From: an uncultured bacterium
GTDB lineage: Bacteria > Electryoneota > Electryoneia > Electryoneales > Electryoneaceae
Direction: 5' to 3'
Length of the DNA: 49,680 nt
Assembly (NCBI GenBank): GCA_913009835.1
Contig: CAJVXH010000003.1
Coordinates: 1-49,680, forward strand
The translations under genes were made by a program, and so were the position numbers. The notes under the pieces were generated by a model. That model was not told where the DNA came from and searched no databases. It was given only the letters and a program-made list of their open reading frames with translations. Positions 48,775 through 49,680 of the stretch are shown piece by piece. Position 1 is the stretch's first letter, and the number at the start of each line of letters is the position of its first letter.

Positions 48775-49473
48775 TCAGTAGCGCCGGAAAAGACTTACTA
48801 CGATCCCGAGGATCAGAAAATCTTCCCGTGTCGGGTCAACGATAATCGGTTGCATATAGGCGTTCGCCGGTCGAAGTTCGATCTCGTTCTTGCCAGGGTG
48901 ATAGTATTTGACCGTGGCCTCATCACCGATCAGGGCGACGATGATCTCGCCTTGATTCGCATCGTCCTGTTTGCGGCAGAAGACGACATCTCCGTCATGG
49001 ATGCCGGCGTCGATCATCGACTCACCTTTAACGCGTAGCGCGAACACCTCACCCTTGGGAGCATAGTCGGCGTCCAGGGCGATATGCCCTTGCACGTTGT
49101 TCTCAGCGAGCAGAGGTGCTCCGGCCGCGACGGCTTCACCATAGATCGGGATCTCTACAACGGATGTTGTGGGGTAGATCATGTCGCTGAGTTCGACGAC
49201 CCGGGCGCCACTTGTCCTGGGCGAACCATCTCGGCCACTGAACGCGACTTCCTGGCCGGCTTCGGTCAGTTCGATTGCCCGACTGCGGTATCGTTCCCTG
49301 ATTATATACCCCTTCTTCTGAAGGGCTTCGAGGATGCTTCGGACACCGTTTGTGGAACGAATGCCCTCCGCCTCGCCGATATCTCGGAAGGTTGGCGGAT
49401 AGCCGTTATTGCGCAGACCATCTCCAATACGTCGTAGTACCGAGGTCTGACGTGCGGTCAGTTGATCAGCCAT
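48775..49473 (-). CDS. lexA: SOS repressor LexA
   Basis: GYPPTFRDI winged HTH, AAG cleavage site, VKGESM (catalytic Ser) and ATVK (catalytic Lys). Confidence 0.95.
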   Translation of the reverse strand: MADQLTARQTSVLRRIGDGLRNNGYPPTFRDIGEAEGIRSTNGVRSILEALQKKGYIIRERYRSRAIELTEAGQEVAFSGRDGSPRTSGARVVELSDMIYPTTSVVEIPIYGEAVAAGAPLLAENNVQGHIALDADYAPKGEVFALRVKGESMIDAGIHDGDVVFCRKQDDANQGEIIVALIGDEATVKYYHPGKNEIELRPANAYMQPIIVDPTREDFLILGIVVSLFRRY

Positions 49474-49515
49474 GGCTGGCTCCTGTTCAAGAGGTTCTCA
49501 CTGAACAAAAGGTAA

Positions 49516-49680
49516 AGATCGGAAGAGCGTCGTGTAGGGAAAGAGTGTAGATCTCGGTGGTCGCCGTATCATTAAAAAAAAAAAACCAAACCCCCCCCCC
49601 CCCCCCACACCACCCCCCCCGCCCCCCCCCTCTTCCCTCCCCTCTCCTCCTCTTTCCCCTCTTCTATCCCTACACCCTTC
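49516..49680. other. Sequencing artefact: Illumina TruSeq adapter read-through plus poly-A/poly-C tail
   Basis: AGATCGGAAGAGCGTCGTGTAGGGAAAGAGTGTAGATCTCGGTGGTCGCCGTATCATT (49516-49573), then low-complexity sequence. Confidence 0.98.

Noticed and set aside
49350-49550. ORF ending ...KIGRASCRERV
   Set aside because: The C-terminus is translated Illumina adapter.

Overview
Bacterial contig end, probably from an FCB-superphylum lineage (inferred from a YPNPFNP-type C-terminal sorting domain and a DUF6132-like gene). (1) 1-7.4 kb: chromosomal genes (ECF sigma/anti-sigma, ArsR, GT4 glycosyltransferase, NYN protein, PTS EIIA plus Na+:solute symporter) interleaved with 85-bp and 110-bp tandem arrays of a REP-like palindrome family. 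A relative of this family sits in-frame inside the glycosyltransferase. (2) An IS256 element (7477-8878, no target duplication) abuts a ~21.5-kb integrated element (8.9-30.3 kb) that ends in a 3' half of tRNA-Leu(UAG), read as an att site. The element carries a primase-helicase with a dyad-symmetric iteron region, a 1259-aa candidate defence protein, an HTH/SNF2-helicase/DUF4391/type III Mod/Res operon, a secreted FG-GAP protein and a DUF932/PD-(D/E)XK/SSB-like module. Its integrase and the intact tRNA are not in the window. (3) 30.7-49.5 kb: core genes tig-clpP-clpX-lon (followed by a hicB/FRG islet containing a diverged duplicate of the lon 3' end), MBL hydrolase, a catalytically degenerate M3-type peptidase, rsmE, trxB, a PAS-containing MCP, DUF4097, DUF151-UVR and lexA. 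The last ~165 bp are Illumina adapter and low-complexity artefact. All family assignments come from motif recognition by eye; no database search was run.
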